IMG/VR virus record: IMGVR_UViG_3300009431_000002
Coordinates: 64,001 to 128,000 of that record
Source: a virus
Lineage: Duplodnaviria; Caudoviricetes
DNA length: 64,000 nt
Reading direction: 5' to 3' (one strand)
In this document: positions 25,895 to 35,835 of the stretch, one piece after another
Layout: every line of letters begins with the position of its first letter
How positions within the stretch are numbered: position 1 is the first letter of the stretch
Program-made: the position numbers and the translations under genes
The notes under the pieces: generated by a model
What the model was told of the DNA's origin: nothing
The model's database searches: none
The model's input: only the letters and a program-made list of their open reading frames with translations

Positions 25895-26361
25895 TGCCCT
25901 GGTTCGTCTGCGCCACCTCGAGCAGCAACCCCGACTACAACGGCGATGGCGACTACGCCCTCGTCTACATCGGCCACAGGGCCACCACGAACACGCCCTA
26001 CAACTTGCTGCGCTTCATCGGCGACGTCGCACGACTCAAGCACAGCATCGGCGCCCTGTACAAGCTGGTGCTGTGGGACTCGTCGGTCCGCTACTTCTCC
26101 TCGTTCTTCGTCGACGCCGAGGGCGGTGGGTCCGATCTCCCGGAGGAGCTGGTGGCGGCCGACGATGAGATCACCGAGGTCTCGGAGGAGTTCGCCAAGT
26201 CCTGCGTCGACCACCAGATCAGCGTCGAGGCCGACACGCTCCACGTGACCCACGAGAAGGTCTTCTGGACCGCCCACGTCAAGCACTCGGACGTCGTCCT
26301 GACCACATCCACACGATTCACCAAGGAGCTCCTGCTGGGGCTCGAGAAGAGGGAGAGGTGA
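25894..26361 (+). CDS. hypothetical protein
   Basis: GGAGG RBS and TGATG coupling. Confidence 0.75.
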   Translation: MPWFVCATSSSNPDYNGDGDYALVYIGHRATTNTPYNLLRFIGDVARLKHSIGALYKLVLWDSSVRYFSSFFVDAEGGGSDLPEELVAADDEITEVSEEFAKSCVDHQISVEADTLHVTHEKVFWTAHVKHSDVVLTTSTRFTKELLLGLEKRER

Positions 26362-26876
26362 TGGCAACCTACGTTCTCGCTGCGTTCCTGGTCGACGATG
26401 ACGACCCCGAGGTCGCTCGGGGCATCGTCCGCAACTCCACGGCCTTCGACTGCGTCGGGGCCAGCCCGCGCATCCGCGACGGCCGCATCTTCGCCGTCGC
26501 GTCCGAGGAGGAGTACCTCGGCGCCAAGCCCCCGCCCGACTTCTCCGACCAGGCGGCCGAGATCGCCCACTGGTTCACGACCAAGGAGGTCGTCTCCGAG
26601 TACCTGGACGAGGCGATCCACGGCGAGAAGGGGAGGGAGGGGTCTGCGGTCAACAACGCCGACCTCGCCGAGCAGGTCGAGTACCTGCTCGGCCGCAACT
26701 GGTCGGAGCACGACATCTGCGTCGCCGTGATGGGCGAAGCGTCGCACATCGACCTCGTCGTCGAGTGCGGCAGCTGCCGCCGCGCGACGTCCAAGCGCGT
26801 CGCGGAGGTCAAGGGCAAAGGCCCGGGCGTCCGGCGCTGGCAGTGCCCCGACTGCGACGACAACTCGGGGGCCTGA
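26358..26876 (+). CDS. hypothetical protein with C-terminal Zn ribbon
   Basis: ECGSCR...WQCPDC. Confidence 0.75.
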   Translation: MMATYVLAAFLVDDDDPEVARGIVRNSTAFDCVGASPRIRDGRIFAVASEEEYLGAKPPPDFSDQAAEIAHWFTTKEVVSEYLDEAIHGEKGREGSAVNNADLAEQVEYLLGRNWSEHDICVAVMGEASHIDLVVECGSCRRATSKRVAEVKGKGPGVRRWQCPDCDDNSGA

Positions 26877-27050
26877 TCGGGCACAAGGAGTACAACGCCA
26901 ACCGAGGGAGGTACCAGAGCATGCAGTCGCTCGACGGCTTATGACCCCCAACGGGGTGGTCCGGCGTCCGACCACGGGCGCCGGGCCGCCTGCTCCCTCC
27001 CGGCAATTAGCTGGAGATGGCGGCACAAGAAGGACAACTACTACGAGGAG

Positions 27051-27410
27051 ATGCCCATGCCTGTACCCAAGCCCAGTGACGTCCCCGAGGGGGACAAGGT
27101 CCTCTTCCTCACGATCCGCGACGACCACGCCGTCATCCTGGCCCGCGCCAAGGTCGACGGCGAGTACGCCACCCTCGCCTGCCACATGGTCAAGCCACAC
27201 AGCGCCGTCGGCCCCTCCTTCGAGGGCCCCGACGGCACGCGCATCGTACCCATTGGCGTCGTCTCGGGGCTGACCGAGGCCGACTTCGCTCGCGTCACCG
27301 ACCTCGAGGGCGCGCCCCTGCAGAAGCTGAAGCTGGATGAAGATGGACCCGGACCTGCTGATCGTGATCCTGCTGCTGACGGTGCTGGCCGTGGCGGCGT
27401 GGAGAAGTAG
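27051..27410 (+). CDS. hypothetical protein
   Basis: GAGGAG RBS directly upstream. Confidence 0.75.
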   Translation: MPMPVPKPSDVPEGDKVLFLTIRDDHAVILARAKVDGEYATLACHMVKPHSAVGPSFEGPDGTRIVPIGVVSGLTEADFARVTDLEGAPLQKLKLDEDGPGPADRDPAADGAGRGGVEK

Positions 27411-29429
27411 GTGAGCGCTGCCGCTCCGTCGTACCGCGACATCATCGAGGCCCTGCCCCGCTGCTTCCAAGTGCCCCAGTGGCGCCGACGCCAGATGTGC
27501 GTCCACACCGTCGAGATCTTCAACGGGATCATGAAGCGCGAGTTCTGGCTCAAGCACGCGGACCAAGGCGCCACGGACTGCGCGAAGTGGATCTGGGTCG
27601 ACCTCTCGGACCCCGAGTGCTACGTCGTCACCTGCCACGAGATCTCCCACCCCTACTTCGGCTCCGACATGGTGGCCCGGGACCTGTTTGTCAAGGAGTA
27701 CTCTGAGCGGCTGATCCTCAAGTACAAGCGCACGGGCTCGCCACTCATCATGCAGCCGCTGTTCCCCGAGAAGCTCAAGACCATGCTGCACTTCCTCGTC
27801 AACTACTTCGACGACCACCGCTGCTGCCACCTGTGGGGCCAGATCTACCCAGGCGACCTGGGCATGACGCAGACCCGGTGGAGCCGGTTCGCCCGGCAGT
27901 TCATCGCGCAGGGGCGCGCCGAGCGGGAGTTCTTCCCCTACGCCTTCGCCATCGCCGACGGCGTGGCTGACGAAGTCAAGCACCCCAAGCCCGAGTTCCT
28001 GGCCATCCGGCCGGTGATGGAAGACGCACTGCGGGAGGTGCGCTTCACCGACTTCCGCGGGTGCCTCGTGGTCACGCGCAAGACCCTCGACCGCATCGTC
28101 AACGTCCTGCTCGACGACATGGCCGACCCGCCGTCTTCCGCGGCCTCCGGTGGCATGCAGATCCACAAGGCGCAGGCCCTGGTGGCCTCGGCGCTCGATG
28201 ACGACCGCGACGACGCCGACGGTGACGGCGACGCGGCCGACGGCGACGCCGGCGACCCCGCTGGGCAGAAGAAGGGCGGCCAGGCCAAGGTCGACCGCAA
28301 GCAGCTCGACAAGGACCGCGCCACGATGTTGGGGTTCCTCTGCAACTCCCTCGCCGGCGCCGGTGACGACGACCTCGGCCAGGATGGCAGCGAGCGGTAC
28401 GACGACGCCAAGCCGTCCAAGTACCGTGCAGGACGCAAGCAGGCGCTCTCCAAGGCCTGGTCCGTGGTCAACGATGCCCTGGACGTGGATCCGCACGACT
28501 CCGACGACCTGCAGTCCTACATGGACATGGGCGCTCAGGACATGCAGCGCAAGGTCGACGATGCACGCGCCTACGTCAAGTCCATCCAGAAGGACGACTG
28601 GCTGAGCAAGGAGAGCAAGTGCAAGGTCGTGTTCCACGACGTCGACGACTCCGAGCTCGGCCTGCCTGTGGCGCTGTCCGGACCCGAGCGCAGCGCCGCC
28701 GAGGCCATGAAGGTGGGGTTCATCCGCATCCTCGGCTCCCAGCGGGCCGATCTCGACGACGCTGGCGACGACATCGACATCGACGCCGTCATCGCCCGCA
28801 AGTTCGACCCCACCATCACGGAGCTGTTCAACGTCGACGACCCCGCGTCCGGCTTCTACGCCCTGCTGTCCTGCGACGCCAGCATCTCGATGAGGGGCAG
28901 CCCGTTCGAGGCCGTCGAGACCGCCGAGACCATGCTGCGGCGGGGCATGGACTTCCCGTTCGTCGAGATCGAGAAGTGGGCGTGGACCCAGCTCGCCGAT
29001 GGGCAAATCGACCTGTTCCGCATCGACCCCAAGGCCAAGGGCTCATTCGCCGACCGCACGGACACGTGGGGCTACACGCCCCTGCACGAGGCCATCCGCG
29101 TCTCGGCCCGGCAGTGCATGCTGACCAACAAGGTCCGGCGGCTGTTCGTGCTCACCGACGGCATGCCCGTGTACACCGGCCACGGCGGCGCCCAGTTCGC
29201 CGAAGACCAGCTGGTGCGCTTCGCCGCCCAGAACGCCGAGATGGCCCGCCGCAACAACGTGGGCCTGTTCGGGCTGGTCATCGGTGGAGCCATCGACGAC
29301 GCCGCCATGAACACCATCTTCGGCGGTCCGAGGTTCTGGCGTCGAGCGCCCGGTGTGGGCGATACTGCCCCGGCGCTCACCGACCTCGTGACCGAGCAAT
29401 TCAACCACTGGCTGAGGACCAGACACTGA
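27411..29429 (+). CDS. VWA-domain protein with N-terminal HExxH (CobT/DUF2201-like MoxR partner)
   Basis: CHEISH; acidic linker; MIDAS DASISM; TPL; LFVLTDGMP. Confidence 0.8.
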   Translation: MSAAAPSYRDIIEALPRCFQVPQWRRRQMCVHTVEIFNGIMKREFWLKHADQGATDCAKWIWVDLSDPECYVVTCHEISHPYFGSDMVARDLFVKEYSERLILKYKRTGSPLIMQPLFPEKLKTMLHFLVNYFDDHRCCHLWGQIYPGDLGMTQTRWSRFARQFIAQGRAEREFFPYAFAIADGVADEVKHPKPEFLAIRPVMEDALREVRFTDFRGCLVVTRKTLDRIVNVLLDDMADPPSSAASGGMQIHKAQALVASALDDDRDDADGDGDAADGDAGDPAGQKKGGQAKVDRKQLDKDRATMLGFLCNSLAGAGDDDLGQDGSERYDDAKPSKYRAGRKQALSKAWSVVNDALDVDPHDSDDLQSYMDMGAQDMQRKVDDARAYVKSIQKDDWLSKESKCKVVFHDVDDSELGLPVALSGPERSAAEAMKVGFIRILGSQRADLDDAGDDIDIDAVIARKFDPTITELFNVDDPASGFYALLSCDASISMRGSPFEAVETAETMLRRGMDFPFVEIEKWAWTQLADGQIDLFRIDPKAKGSFADRTDTWGYTPLHEAIRVSARQCMLTNKVRRLFVLTDGMPVYTGHGGAQFAEDQLVRFAAQNAEMARRNNVGLFGLVIGGAIDDAAMNTIFGGPRFWRRAPGVGDTAPALTDLVTEQFNHWLRTRH

Positions 29430-29439
29430 GGAGGAGACA

Positions 29440-29997
29440 GTGCCCGACGAGAAGATCCCACTGAGGAAGGCCGTCGACGGCCCGACCGATCCACCTGCGC
29501 TCGATGACCTGATCGAGACGATGCGCGACCACGCCGGCAAGTCCACGGACGGACGGCTGTGGCTGCTGCGCATCACCCAGGCCGCCACCATCGTCCTGAC
29601 CGAGCTGCACACCAACACCAGCCACCCCAAGGGGACCGGCGAGCCTCCCAAGCGCGACTTCCCGAGCGTCATCCACGACGGCAGCCGCATCCAGGTGACC
29701 GCCCATGAGGTCGAGCTCCTCGAGGGTGGCGCGCAGTGCATCTTCGTCCCCGGCAAGTTCAACCCCGGCCACCTCAACAAGTACGAGCTGTACCGCGGCG
29801 ACAAGAAGCTGGGCTACCGCGTCGTATCCACCCACTCCGACCGGCTCTGCAACATCATCCAGGGCGGGGGCACCCAGGACGAGGTGTCGTCCCGGCTCGG
29901 CGTGAGCGGCCGCATCGCCGAGATCACGCAGCTGTGGGTCCGCAAGCCGCAGCAGCACCCGGCGGGCCAGGACCACACGCGGAACACGCCCGCGTGA
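29440..29997 (+). CDS. hypothetical protein
   Basis: GAGGAG RBS then GTG. Confidence 0.75.
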   Translation: MPDEKIPLRKAVDGPTDPPALDDLIETMRDHAGKSTDGRLWLLRITQAATIVLTELHTNTSHPKGTGEPPKRDFPSVIHDGSRIQVTAHEVELLEGGAQCIFVPGKFNPGHLNKYELYRGDKKLGYRVVSTHSDRLCNIIQGGGTQDEVSSRLGVSGRIAEITQLWVRKPQQHPAGQDHTRNTPA

Positions 29998-30218
29998 GCA
30001 AGCACCGCCTCGAGGTCTCGCTGTCCCCGTCGTCCATGAGGCTACTGGGACGGCTGAAGCAGCGCGCCAGAGAGGCGATGGGACGAGAACCGACATGGAG
30101 CGAGGTGCTGGATGGACTCTGCGCGACCGTTGACCGTTATGCCGACACCCGAAGCGTGCCTGAGGAGCTGCGTCCGACCGGACATCTCCGACTGCCCGGA
30201 CATCGTGATCGACGGTGA
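29994..30218 (+). CDS. small ribbon-helix-helix-like DNA-binding protein (tentative)
   Basis: RLEVSLS...LLGRLKQRA...PTWSEVLDGL. Confidence 0.5.
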   Translation: MSKHRLEVSLSPSSMRLLGRLKQRAREAMGREPTWSEVLDGLCATVDRYADTRSVPEELRPTGHLRLPGHRDRR

Positions 30219-30342
30219 CGTCCGTCACTGCAAGCTGGACGCGAAGTATAGCTGCGCCGACCCCGACTGGAGCGACCTGCCGTACAAGCGGCGCGCGCCG
30301 AAGGCCGGGGACCCACGCAAAATTCGCCGCAGAGGGCCCTGA
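30139..30342 (+). CDS. small Cys-containing basic protein
   Basis: Open frame running to the convergent hairpin; start uncertain (alternative GTG 30205). Confidence 0.35.
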   Translation: MPTPEACLRSCVRPDISDCPDIVIDGDVRHCKLDAKYSCADPDWSDLPYKRRAPKAGDPRKIRRRGP

Positions 30343-30349
30343 GCCCTCG

Positions 30350-30373
30350 CTGGAGGGCAATCGCGCCCTCCAG
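30350..30373. terminator. hairpin between convergent operons
   Basis: CTGGAGGGC-aatcgc-GCCCTCCAG, 9-bp stem; no U-tract. Confidence 0.5.
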
Positions 30374-30375
30374 TC

Positions 30376-31101
30376 TTAGCCGTAATGGCTGGGGTGGGCG
30401 GCGGCGCGCTGCCGGCGCTGAAGGTAGTGTGACGTGCCCAGGAGACCGCCGGCGCCGAGCACCGTGCCCGCGCCGAAGGTCATCATCCCCTTGCGGACGG
30501 GGCTCATCGGGGCCTTGGCGCCCTCTTCCACGACCTCCTTGGCCGCCTGGGTGCCTGCGGCGGCCTCGGGCGCCACCTTGCCGGCGACGGCGCCAGCTGT
30601 CTCGTCAGCCGTGCCCGGGAAGCCACGCACGACGTCTTCCGCTTGGTCCAGGCTGCGGTGCGGGAGCACCCGTTCGCCGTGGCCTGCGCCTCGGAGGCGA
30701 GCGACCTCCGCTGCCGGGTCGTCGAAGTGCTGGGCCGGAAGGTGCGGCCGCGTGCCGGAGACAGCCTCATCCCAGCTCTTGGGCAGCTGCTCCATGCCCT
30801 CCTGCCAGCCCTTCCGCATGCGGCTGAGCAGCCCCGGCTTGCCGAGGGTGGACGAGAACATCTGCGACGCGTCGTCGGCGCGGCTCCCGATGGCCTTGAC
30901 GGCGCCGGAGACGGCACGCCCAAGCGTGGCCTCCTTCTCCATGGCGAGCTTCGCGTGGTCCCGGGCCAGCAGTCGCCCGCTGGCGTCGGCCATCAGCATC
31001 ATGGAGAGCACACGGTCCTCGACCTGGGAGGTCTTCTCGGGCTTGCCGAGCGCAAGGAGCTCGTCCAGGTTCTTGGCCTGGAGGATGTCGAGAGGGGACA
31101 A
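30376..31101 (-). CDS. putative virion internal protein (K-x-A motifs, C-terminal Gly-rich TM)
   Basis: HAKLAMEKEATL; FGAGTVLGAGGLLG; TTG start with GGAGG RBS. Confidence 0.65.
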   Translation of the reverse strand: MSPLDILQAKNLDELLALGKPEKTSQVEDRVLSMMLMADASGRLLARDHAKLAMEKEATLGRAVSGAVKAIGSRADDASQMFSSTLGKPGLLSRMRKGWQEGMEQLPKSWDEAVSGTRPHLPAQHFDDPAAEVARLRGAGHGERVLPHRSLDQAEDVVRGFPGTADETAGAVAGKVAPEAAAGTQAAKEVVEEGAKAPMSPVRKGMMTFGAGTVLGAGGLLGTSHYLQRRQRAAAHPSHYG

Positions 31102-31110
31102 GGTCGCCTC

Positions 31111-31842
31111 CTACGCGGCGATCTCCTCGCCCGTGATGCCGCTGATCAGGTTCACGGCGCCGACGGCGATGGGAACCTGCCGCTCGTACTGCAGGCCAGC
31201 GGACTCCTGGAGCACCACGCCCTGCGCGTCCATGGCGAGGTTGTGGTTCGGGACCACGCACGCCTCGAGGTAGGTCGCGCCCAACGAGTCCTCGTTGCTG
31301 TCCCGCAGGTACAGCATCATCCCGATGGGCTGACCGAACAGGTCGGACGCCAGGTTGAGGTACAGGTTCCGGTGGCCCGGCGGGATCTTCACGTCGTGGG
31401 GGTTGGCCACGCCGGCGATGCCGGGGTTGTTGAAGACCGCGGGGATCGTGGTCGGGGGGACCAGGTCCTGGTAGTACGCGTACAGCGTGCGGAGCAGCGA
31501 GGGGCCGTGGTACAGGATGCGGCTCAGGCCGAGCTGTCCGACGGTGCGTCCGGAGATCACGTAGCTCCGCTCGGAGCCGATCTCCCAGAACCGGCTGAAC
31601 TGCCGGTTGCTGCCCAGGTTCATGGTCTGCGTGATGCCGATGGGGTGCACGAGCTCCAGACCGCCTGCTCCCCCGCCACCAGCGGCGCCCGCCAGTGCCT
31701 CTGCACCGGCGGAGCCGCTCATGGCCGAGAGGCGGGGTGGCCCCGACGCCAGGAGGGTGAAGGCGGCCGACGCGAACCGGCCGTCTACGAGTCCGTCCTG
31801 GACGTAATTCTCGTACGCCCTCCAGTCGCCAATGGAGCTCAT
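31111..31842 (-). CDS. tail tube protein
   Basis: IGITQTMNL...RFWEIGSERSYVISGRTVGQLGLSRILY...YLEAC pattern; size and position in a sheath-containing operon. Confidence 0.6.
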   Translation of the reverse strand: MSSIGDWRAYENYVQDGLVDGRFASAAFTLLASGPPRLSAMSGSAGAEALAGAAGGGGAGGLELVHPIGITQTMNLGSNRQFSRFWEIGSERSYVISGRTVGQLGLSRILYHGPSLLRTLYAYYQDLVPPTTIPAVFNNPGIAGVANPHDVKIPPGHRNLYLNLASDLFGQPIGMMLYLRDSNEDSLGATYLEACVVPNHNLAMDAQGVVLQESAGLQYERQVPIAVGAVNLISGITGEEIAA

Positions 31843-31854
31843 CCGCTACCTCCT

Positions 31855-32535
31855 CTACGCTGCGTCGGCCTGGGCCTGCCAGCTGACCAGCGCACCCGCT
31901 GCCGGGTTGATGCCGCTGTCGGTCAGCGTGACGGCGAACATGTCGCCCACGCCCATGTCGACGATCACGAACCCCACCGCGCCCGCGGCGAGGTCGGCGA
32001 GGACCACGCCGGCCGCCGACCGGACCATGCCGGACAGCAGCTCGGGGGTGGTGCCGGAGCCGAACGCGCCGACGGTGACCGGCATGCCGGCCGCCAGGGC
32101 GGTCGCCTCGTTGGCACCCAGGGCGAACTCGTCGCCCCAGACGAGCTTGGTGGCCGCGTCGGCGCCGTCGGTGAGGGTGGCACCGGACAGGTACATCCTC
32201 ACGCCGGCGGTGGACTCGACCAGGACGTAGGTGTTGCCCACCGCGCCCGGGGTCTGCGAGACCACGTAGAGCACGCTGACGCCGTCGTCGTCGACGTAGA
32301 CGTCGGGGCTCTCGGCGTTGATCTTGGCCTTGGCCGCGGCGAGGGTGGCCACGAGACCACCGGACTGGTCGATCTCGTTGGCGCCGGCGCCCCCGACGTT
32401 GAACGTCCAGGTGATCGAACCGATCTCCAGGGTGTCGCCCACGTTGGGGTTGTTGGCGAAGAAGACGGACCCGCATGCGGTCTTGGCGGGGACCTCCTTC
32501 ATCACCGGCTTGAGCTGACTGCGTTGCAAGCTCAT
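31855..32535 (-). CDS. tail/virion decoration protein
   Basis: Acidic G/A/T-rich beta protein; module shared with the sheath insert. Confidence 0.6.
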   Translation of the reverse strand: MSLQRSQLKPVMKEVPAKTACGSVFFANNPNVGDTLEIGSITWTFNVGGAGANEIDQSGGLVATLAAAKAKINAESPDVYVDDDGVSVLYVVSQTPGAVGNTYVLVESTAGVRMYLSGATLTDGADAATKLVWGDEFALGANEATALAAGMPVTVGAFGSGTTPELLSGMVRSAAGVVLADLAAGAVGFVIVDMGVGDMFAVTLTDSGINPAAGALVSWQAQADAA

Positions 32536-32548
32536 GGTCTACCTCCGA

Positions 32549-33238
32549 TCAGCCCGTCGTGAAGATGAAGCCGATGACGTCGCCGGTCTGCAGGACAGCG
32601 CCGGCGTCGGTCAGCAGGATGGCGTACTCGTCGCCCGCGAGATTGTCGAGGTCGATCTCCACGTTGACGAGGGACTGGTAGGACCCCGCGGCCGTCCGCC
32701 GGATGGCGCTGAGCAGCTTGGGGGCCTCACCGAGGGTCACGGTGCTGATGGCGACCTGGCCGCCACCGGCGAGCATGGCCACCTCCTGGGCGGTCATGGC
32801 GTGCTCGTTGGGCACCAGGATCTCCACCTCTTCGGCGTGGCCGTCGACCATCGCGTGGGCCACGCCGTTGGCCGCGGCCTCCTGGTCGGCGGCGAAGGCG
32901 GCCATGGCGATGTCGAGGGTGATCTCCAGCCCCACGCCGGCTCCGGCGGTCTGGGCGACGATCAGGCAGACGTCGCCGCCGATGTCGTAGGCGTCGAACA
33001 GGGCGCTGGGGCCCCCGGCCACGTTGCCGTTGTTGATGGCGTCCACCAGCTGGGCGATGCCGTTGGGGGCGGTGTCGTCGGCCAGGGCGTACGCCTCGGG
33101 GGTGACGCCGTCGGTGAGGGTGACGCCGTTGTTGGGTGCCGCGTTGAGGGCGCCGGAGAAGTACACCAGGGCGTGTGCCTTCTGCGCCGTGAACTTGGCG
33201 ATCTGGGACGAGAGCTGGGTGTCGAGCAATCCGGGCAT
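32549..33238 (-). CDS. tail/virion decoration protein
   Basis: Shared T-L-T-D-G...AIN module; C-terminus resembles that of 33256-34656. Confidence 0.6.
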   Translation of the reverse strand: MPGLLDTQLSSQIAKFTAQKAHALVYFSGALNAAPNNGVTLTDGVTPEAYALADDTAPNGIAQLVDAINNGNVAGGPSALFDAYDIGGDVCLIVAQTAGAGVGLEITLDIAMAAFAADQEAAANGVAHAMVDGHAEEVEILVPNEHAMTAQEVAMLAGGGQVAISTVTLGEAPKLLSAIRRTAAGSYQSLVNVEIDLDNLAGDEYAILLTDAGAVLQTGDVIGFIFTTG

Positions 33239-33255
33239 TTTCTATCTCCCTCCGG

Positions 33256-34656
33256 CTATTCGCCGAGGATGAAGCGGACGATGTCGTTCTGCTGGAAGAG
33301 GCCCAAGCTGTCGTACAGCGAGAGCGCGAAGTACCCCGCGACGCCAGCCTGGTCCACGCGGTAGTCGAGGCCGTTGACCCCGATGAGGTTGCCCGCCCGG
33401 TCGGCGCAGATGCCGTACAGGTTGGGCGCGGCGGTGAACGGGAAGCAGCCCACCGGGACCCAGTTGGCCAGGGGGCCACCGTCGGCCCACCGCGCGACGT
33501 CCTGCGCCGAGACGGTGTACTCCTGGGTGAAGGCGCCCTGGAACGCGTCCGCGGCGCCGCCCTGCAGGTCCTGGTCGGTCATGTTGGTGACGCCGGTGGC
33601 GTCGAGCACCAGGTTGCCGGCGAGGCCCTCGGCGTCCTTGGGCACGATGCAGACGATGGCCTGGCCGGCCGCGCTGTTGAACCCGATGACGGCGTCCGCC
33701 AGGACGCTGTCGGTGTTGATCGCCGTGATGAGGGCGTTGGCCACGGCCTGGGCGTTGGCCAGGTTGCGCTGGACCTCGAAGGGCGCCGCCGGTGCGCCGT
33801 CCACGAAGGTGAACGTCTCGAGGGTGGTGCCGTCGGTGATGGTGAACGTCTCGGCCGCGACGGGAAGACCCGTCAGGTAGCCGTAGCCCGCGCCGCCGCG
33901 CTCGATGCGCGACTGCCCCGAGACCGAGGACAGCGACAGGTGGAAGAACCGCTCGATGCCGTCGGCGATGACCATGATCTCGACGACGTCGCCGTCGCTG
34001 TAGCCGCTGAGGTCCAGGAGCGCGTCGATCTGGTGGGCGCTCCAGTCCATCAGCTGGGTGACGATGTTGGTGGGCTCGAGGGCGAACTCGCCCTGGCCCG
34101 CACCGCCGCTGAGCTCCACCTCGGCGGCGTCCGTGGGCGCCACGGCGCCGGTGGCGCCTGCCTCGAGCGTGCAGTTGACGAGGTCCGAGGTGTTGAGGAG
34201 CACGTCGGCCGCCGCGAGGACCACGTCGGAGGCGTCGTGGCCGGCGCCGACGGAGTCGTAGCCGACGGTGACGTCGTCGCCCACCGCCGTGATGAACGGA
34301 CCCGCGGCGTGCGCCACGTCGTCGTCCATGGTGATGGTGATGTCGTTGCCGTCGGCCCCCGGCCGGATGGCGTACCAGTCGATGCCGGCGTTGGTGCCGG
34401 TGTCGCTCGTGCCCTCCGCCTGCAGGCTGTCCTGCAGGAAGTTCTCGCCGGTGATGCTGACCTCCTGGTCGGCCAGCGGGGCGATCCCGCTCATCGGCAC
34501 CTGGGTGATGTGGTGGATGGAACCATCGTCGACGGGCGAGAGCGCAATCAGCGCCAGGTTCTCTCGCACGGCGTCGAGGTGCCGGTGATGCCGGTGCTGG
34601 CGGTTCGCGGGGTTCCACGACGTCAGCAGCGGGATACGGGAGCGGTCACGAGCCAT
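33256..34656 (-). CDS. tail/virion decoration protein
   Basis: GADGNDITIT and ETFTITDGTT...ALITAIN modules typical of sheath-associated domains. Confidence 0.6.
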   Translation of the reverse strand: MARDRSRIPLLTSWNPANRQHRHHRHLDAVRENLALIALSPVDDGSIHHITQVPMSGIAPLADQEVSITGENFLQDSLQAEGTSDTGTNAGIDWYAIRPGADGNDITITMDDDVAHAAGPFITAVGDDVTVGYDSVGAGHDASDVVLAAADVLLNTSDLVNCTLEAGATGAVAPTDAAEVELSGGAGQGEFALEPTNIVTQLMDWSAHQIDALLDLSGYSDGDVVEIMVIADGIERFFHLSLSSVSGQSRIERGGAGYGYLTGLPVAAETFTITDGTTLETFTFVDGAPAAPFEVQRNLANAQAVANALITAINTDSVLADAVIGFNSAAGQAIVCIVPKDAEGLAGNLVLDATGVTNMTDQDLQGGAADAFQGAFTQEYTVSAQDVARWADGGPLANWVPVGCFPFTAAPNLYGICADRAGNLIGVNGLDYRVDQAGVAGYFALSLYDSLGLFQQNDIVRFILGE

Positions 34657-34822
34657 TGTTCGTTCCCTCGGTCGAGGCGGCGTAGCGAGCTACGCTGCCG
34701 GTTTGCGGCCCCCAGCCGGGACGAGCCTTGTGGGTCAAGTCCTGTGGGAACGCCCGATGCGCCCACCGTTGGCCGGGCCAGTTGCGATTACCTTAGAACA
34801 CCCCGACACGTAGTGTCGAGGG

Positions 34823-34894
34823 CTAACCTCCTACCAACAGACCGGCCAGAGCGCCGAGTCCGACGATGAACAGGGCTACGGACACCATCCACAT
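34823..34894 (-). CDS. 23-aa single-TM micropeptide
   Basis: TGATG-coupled to the upstream gene; MWMVSVALFIVGLGALAGLLVGG. Confidence 0.45.
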   Translation of the reverse strand: MWMVSVALFIVGLGALAGLLVGG

Positions 34895-35340
34895 CACGGT
34901 GGCTGAATCCAGTCGGTGATGTTGAAGCCGAGCTCTGCCAAGACCACGGCGAACAGCAGCAGCCCGAGGATCACTGCCACGGAGGCCAAGGGCTTCTTCT
35001 CCACCAGCCCCACCAGCTCCCGGAAACACCACAGCCATTTCGGCTGTCGTGGGGCCAAAGCGCAGACCTTCTTGATCTGCTCCTCCAGCTCCCGCAGCCG
35101 CTCCTCGATCTTCTCCTTGAAGTCCGTCTCCGACTGGATGAGCACGTCGATCCGGGCCTGGGTCAGTCGCTCCGACTCCTCCCGATCCTTCATGCAGTGG
35201 TCGGTGCTGCGCACCATCTCCTTGGTGGTGTCGTCCAGCCCCCGCAGGGAGTCGCTCGTCCGTTCCACCAGGGACAGGACAGATTCGAGATAGGCCGCGT
35301 CCGTCGTCTGGGGCGTGCTGGGCTTGTCGTCCGTCCCCAT
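34894..35340 (-). CDS. coiled-coil protein with C-terminal TM
   Basis: GAGGAG RBS; heptad region; LASVAVILGLLLFAVVLAELG. Confidence 0.7.
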   Translation of the reverse strand: MGTDDKPSTPQTTDAAYLESVLSLVERTSDSLRGLDDTTKEMVRSTDHCMKDREESERLTQARIDVLIQSETDFKEKIEERLRELEEQIKKVCALAPRQPKWLWCFRELVGLVEKKPLASVAVILGLLLFAVVLAELGFNITDWIQPP

Positions 35341-35472
35341 TCCAGCTCCTCACAGTCGCCAGTGCTTCAGCCGAGGTATTCTCCAGGGACGTCAGGTTCG
35401 CTTCCCAAGATGCGAGCGCGTCGTCTCTCGAGCTCATGGCTCTGGCCCCTTCTCCCCTCTCCATCGTACCAC

Positions 35473-35826
35473 CTACGGGCTCGCCTCCCCGACCTTCTTC
35501 GCGGCCTCGATCTCCCCGACAGTCTCTTCCCGGGCGACCGGGACGATCTTGCCGTTCTCCTTCTTGCTGCCGACCGCTCCGAGGATACGGTACTCCGCCT
35601 CCAGGTTCCCCAGGTTCACGGCCTCGAGGGACGCGATGGTGGGTCCGACCACCTGGTCCATGTGCTCGTCCATGCCCGCGCTCACCTGCGACACGCCGCG
35701 ACGCCGGGTGTACACCACACACGAGGTATCCACGTCCAGCTCGGCTGTGTCAGGGAAGACCAACACCCTACCCAGCTCGTCGGTGACGAGCGACCCATCT
35801 GTCAGTTCTGCAACGACCCAGCCCAT
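35473..35826 (-). CDS. hypothetical protein (fibre-associated or chaperone, tentative)
   Basis: Follows the fibre genes; GGAGG RBS. Confidence 0.65.
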   Translation of the reverse strand: MGWVVAELTDGSLVTDELGRVLVFPDTAELDVDTSCVVYTRRRGVSQVSAGMDEHMDQVVGPTIASLEAVNLGNLEAEYRILGAVGSKKENGKIVPVAREETVGEIEAAKKVGEASP

Positions 35827-35835
35827 GCCGCCCTC

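Noticed and set aside
26921-27273. RBS-preceded 7-codon ORF MQSLDGL and the overlapping 110-aa ORF 26941-27273
   Set aside because: Too short or shadow-like, and the longer frame overlaps the well-supported 27051-27410 gene; possibly a decayed cassette but unsupported.
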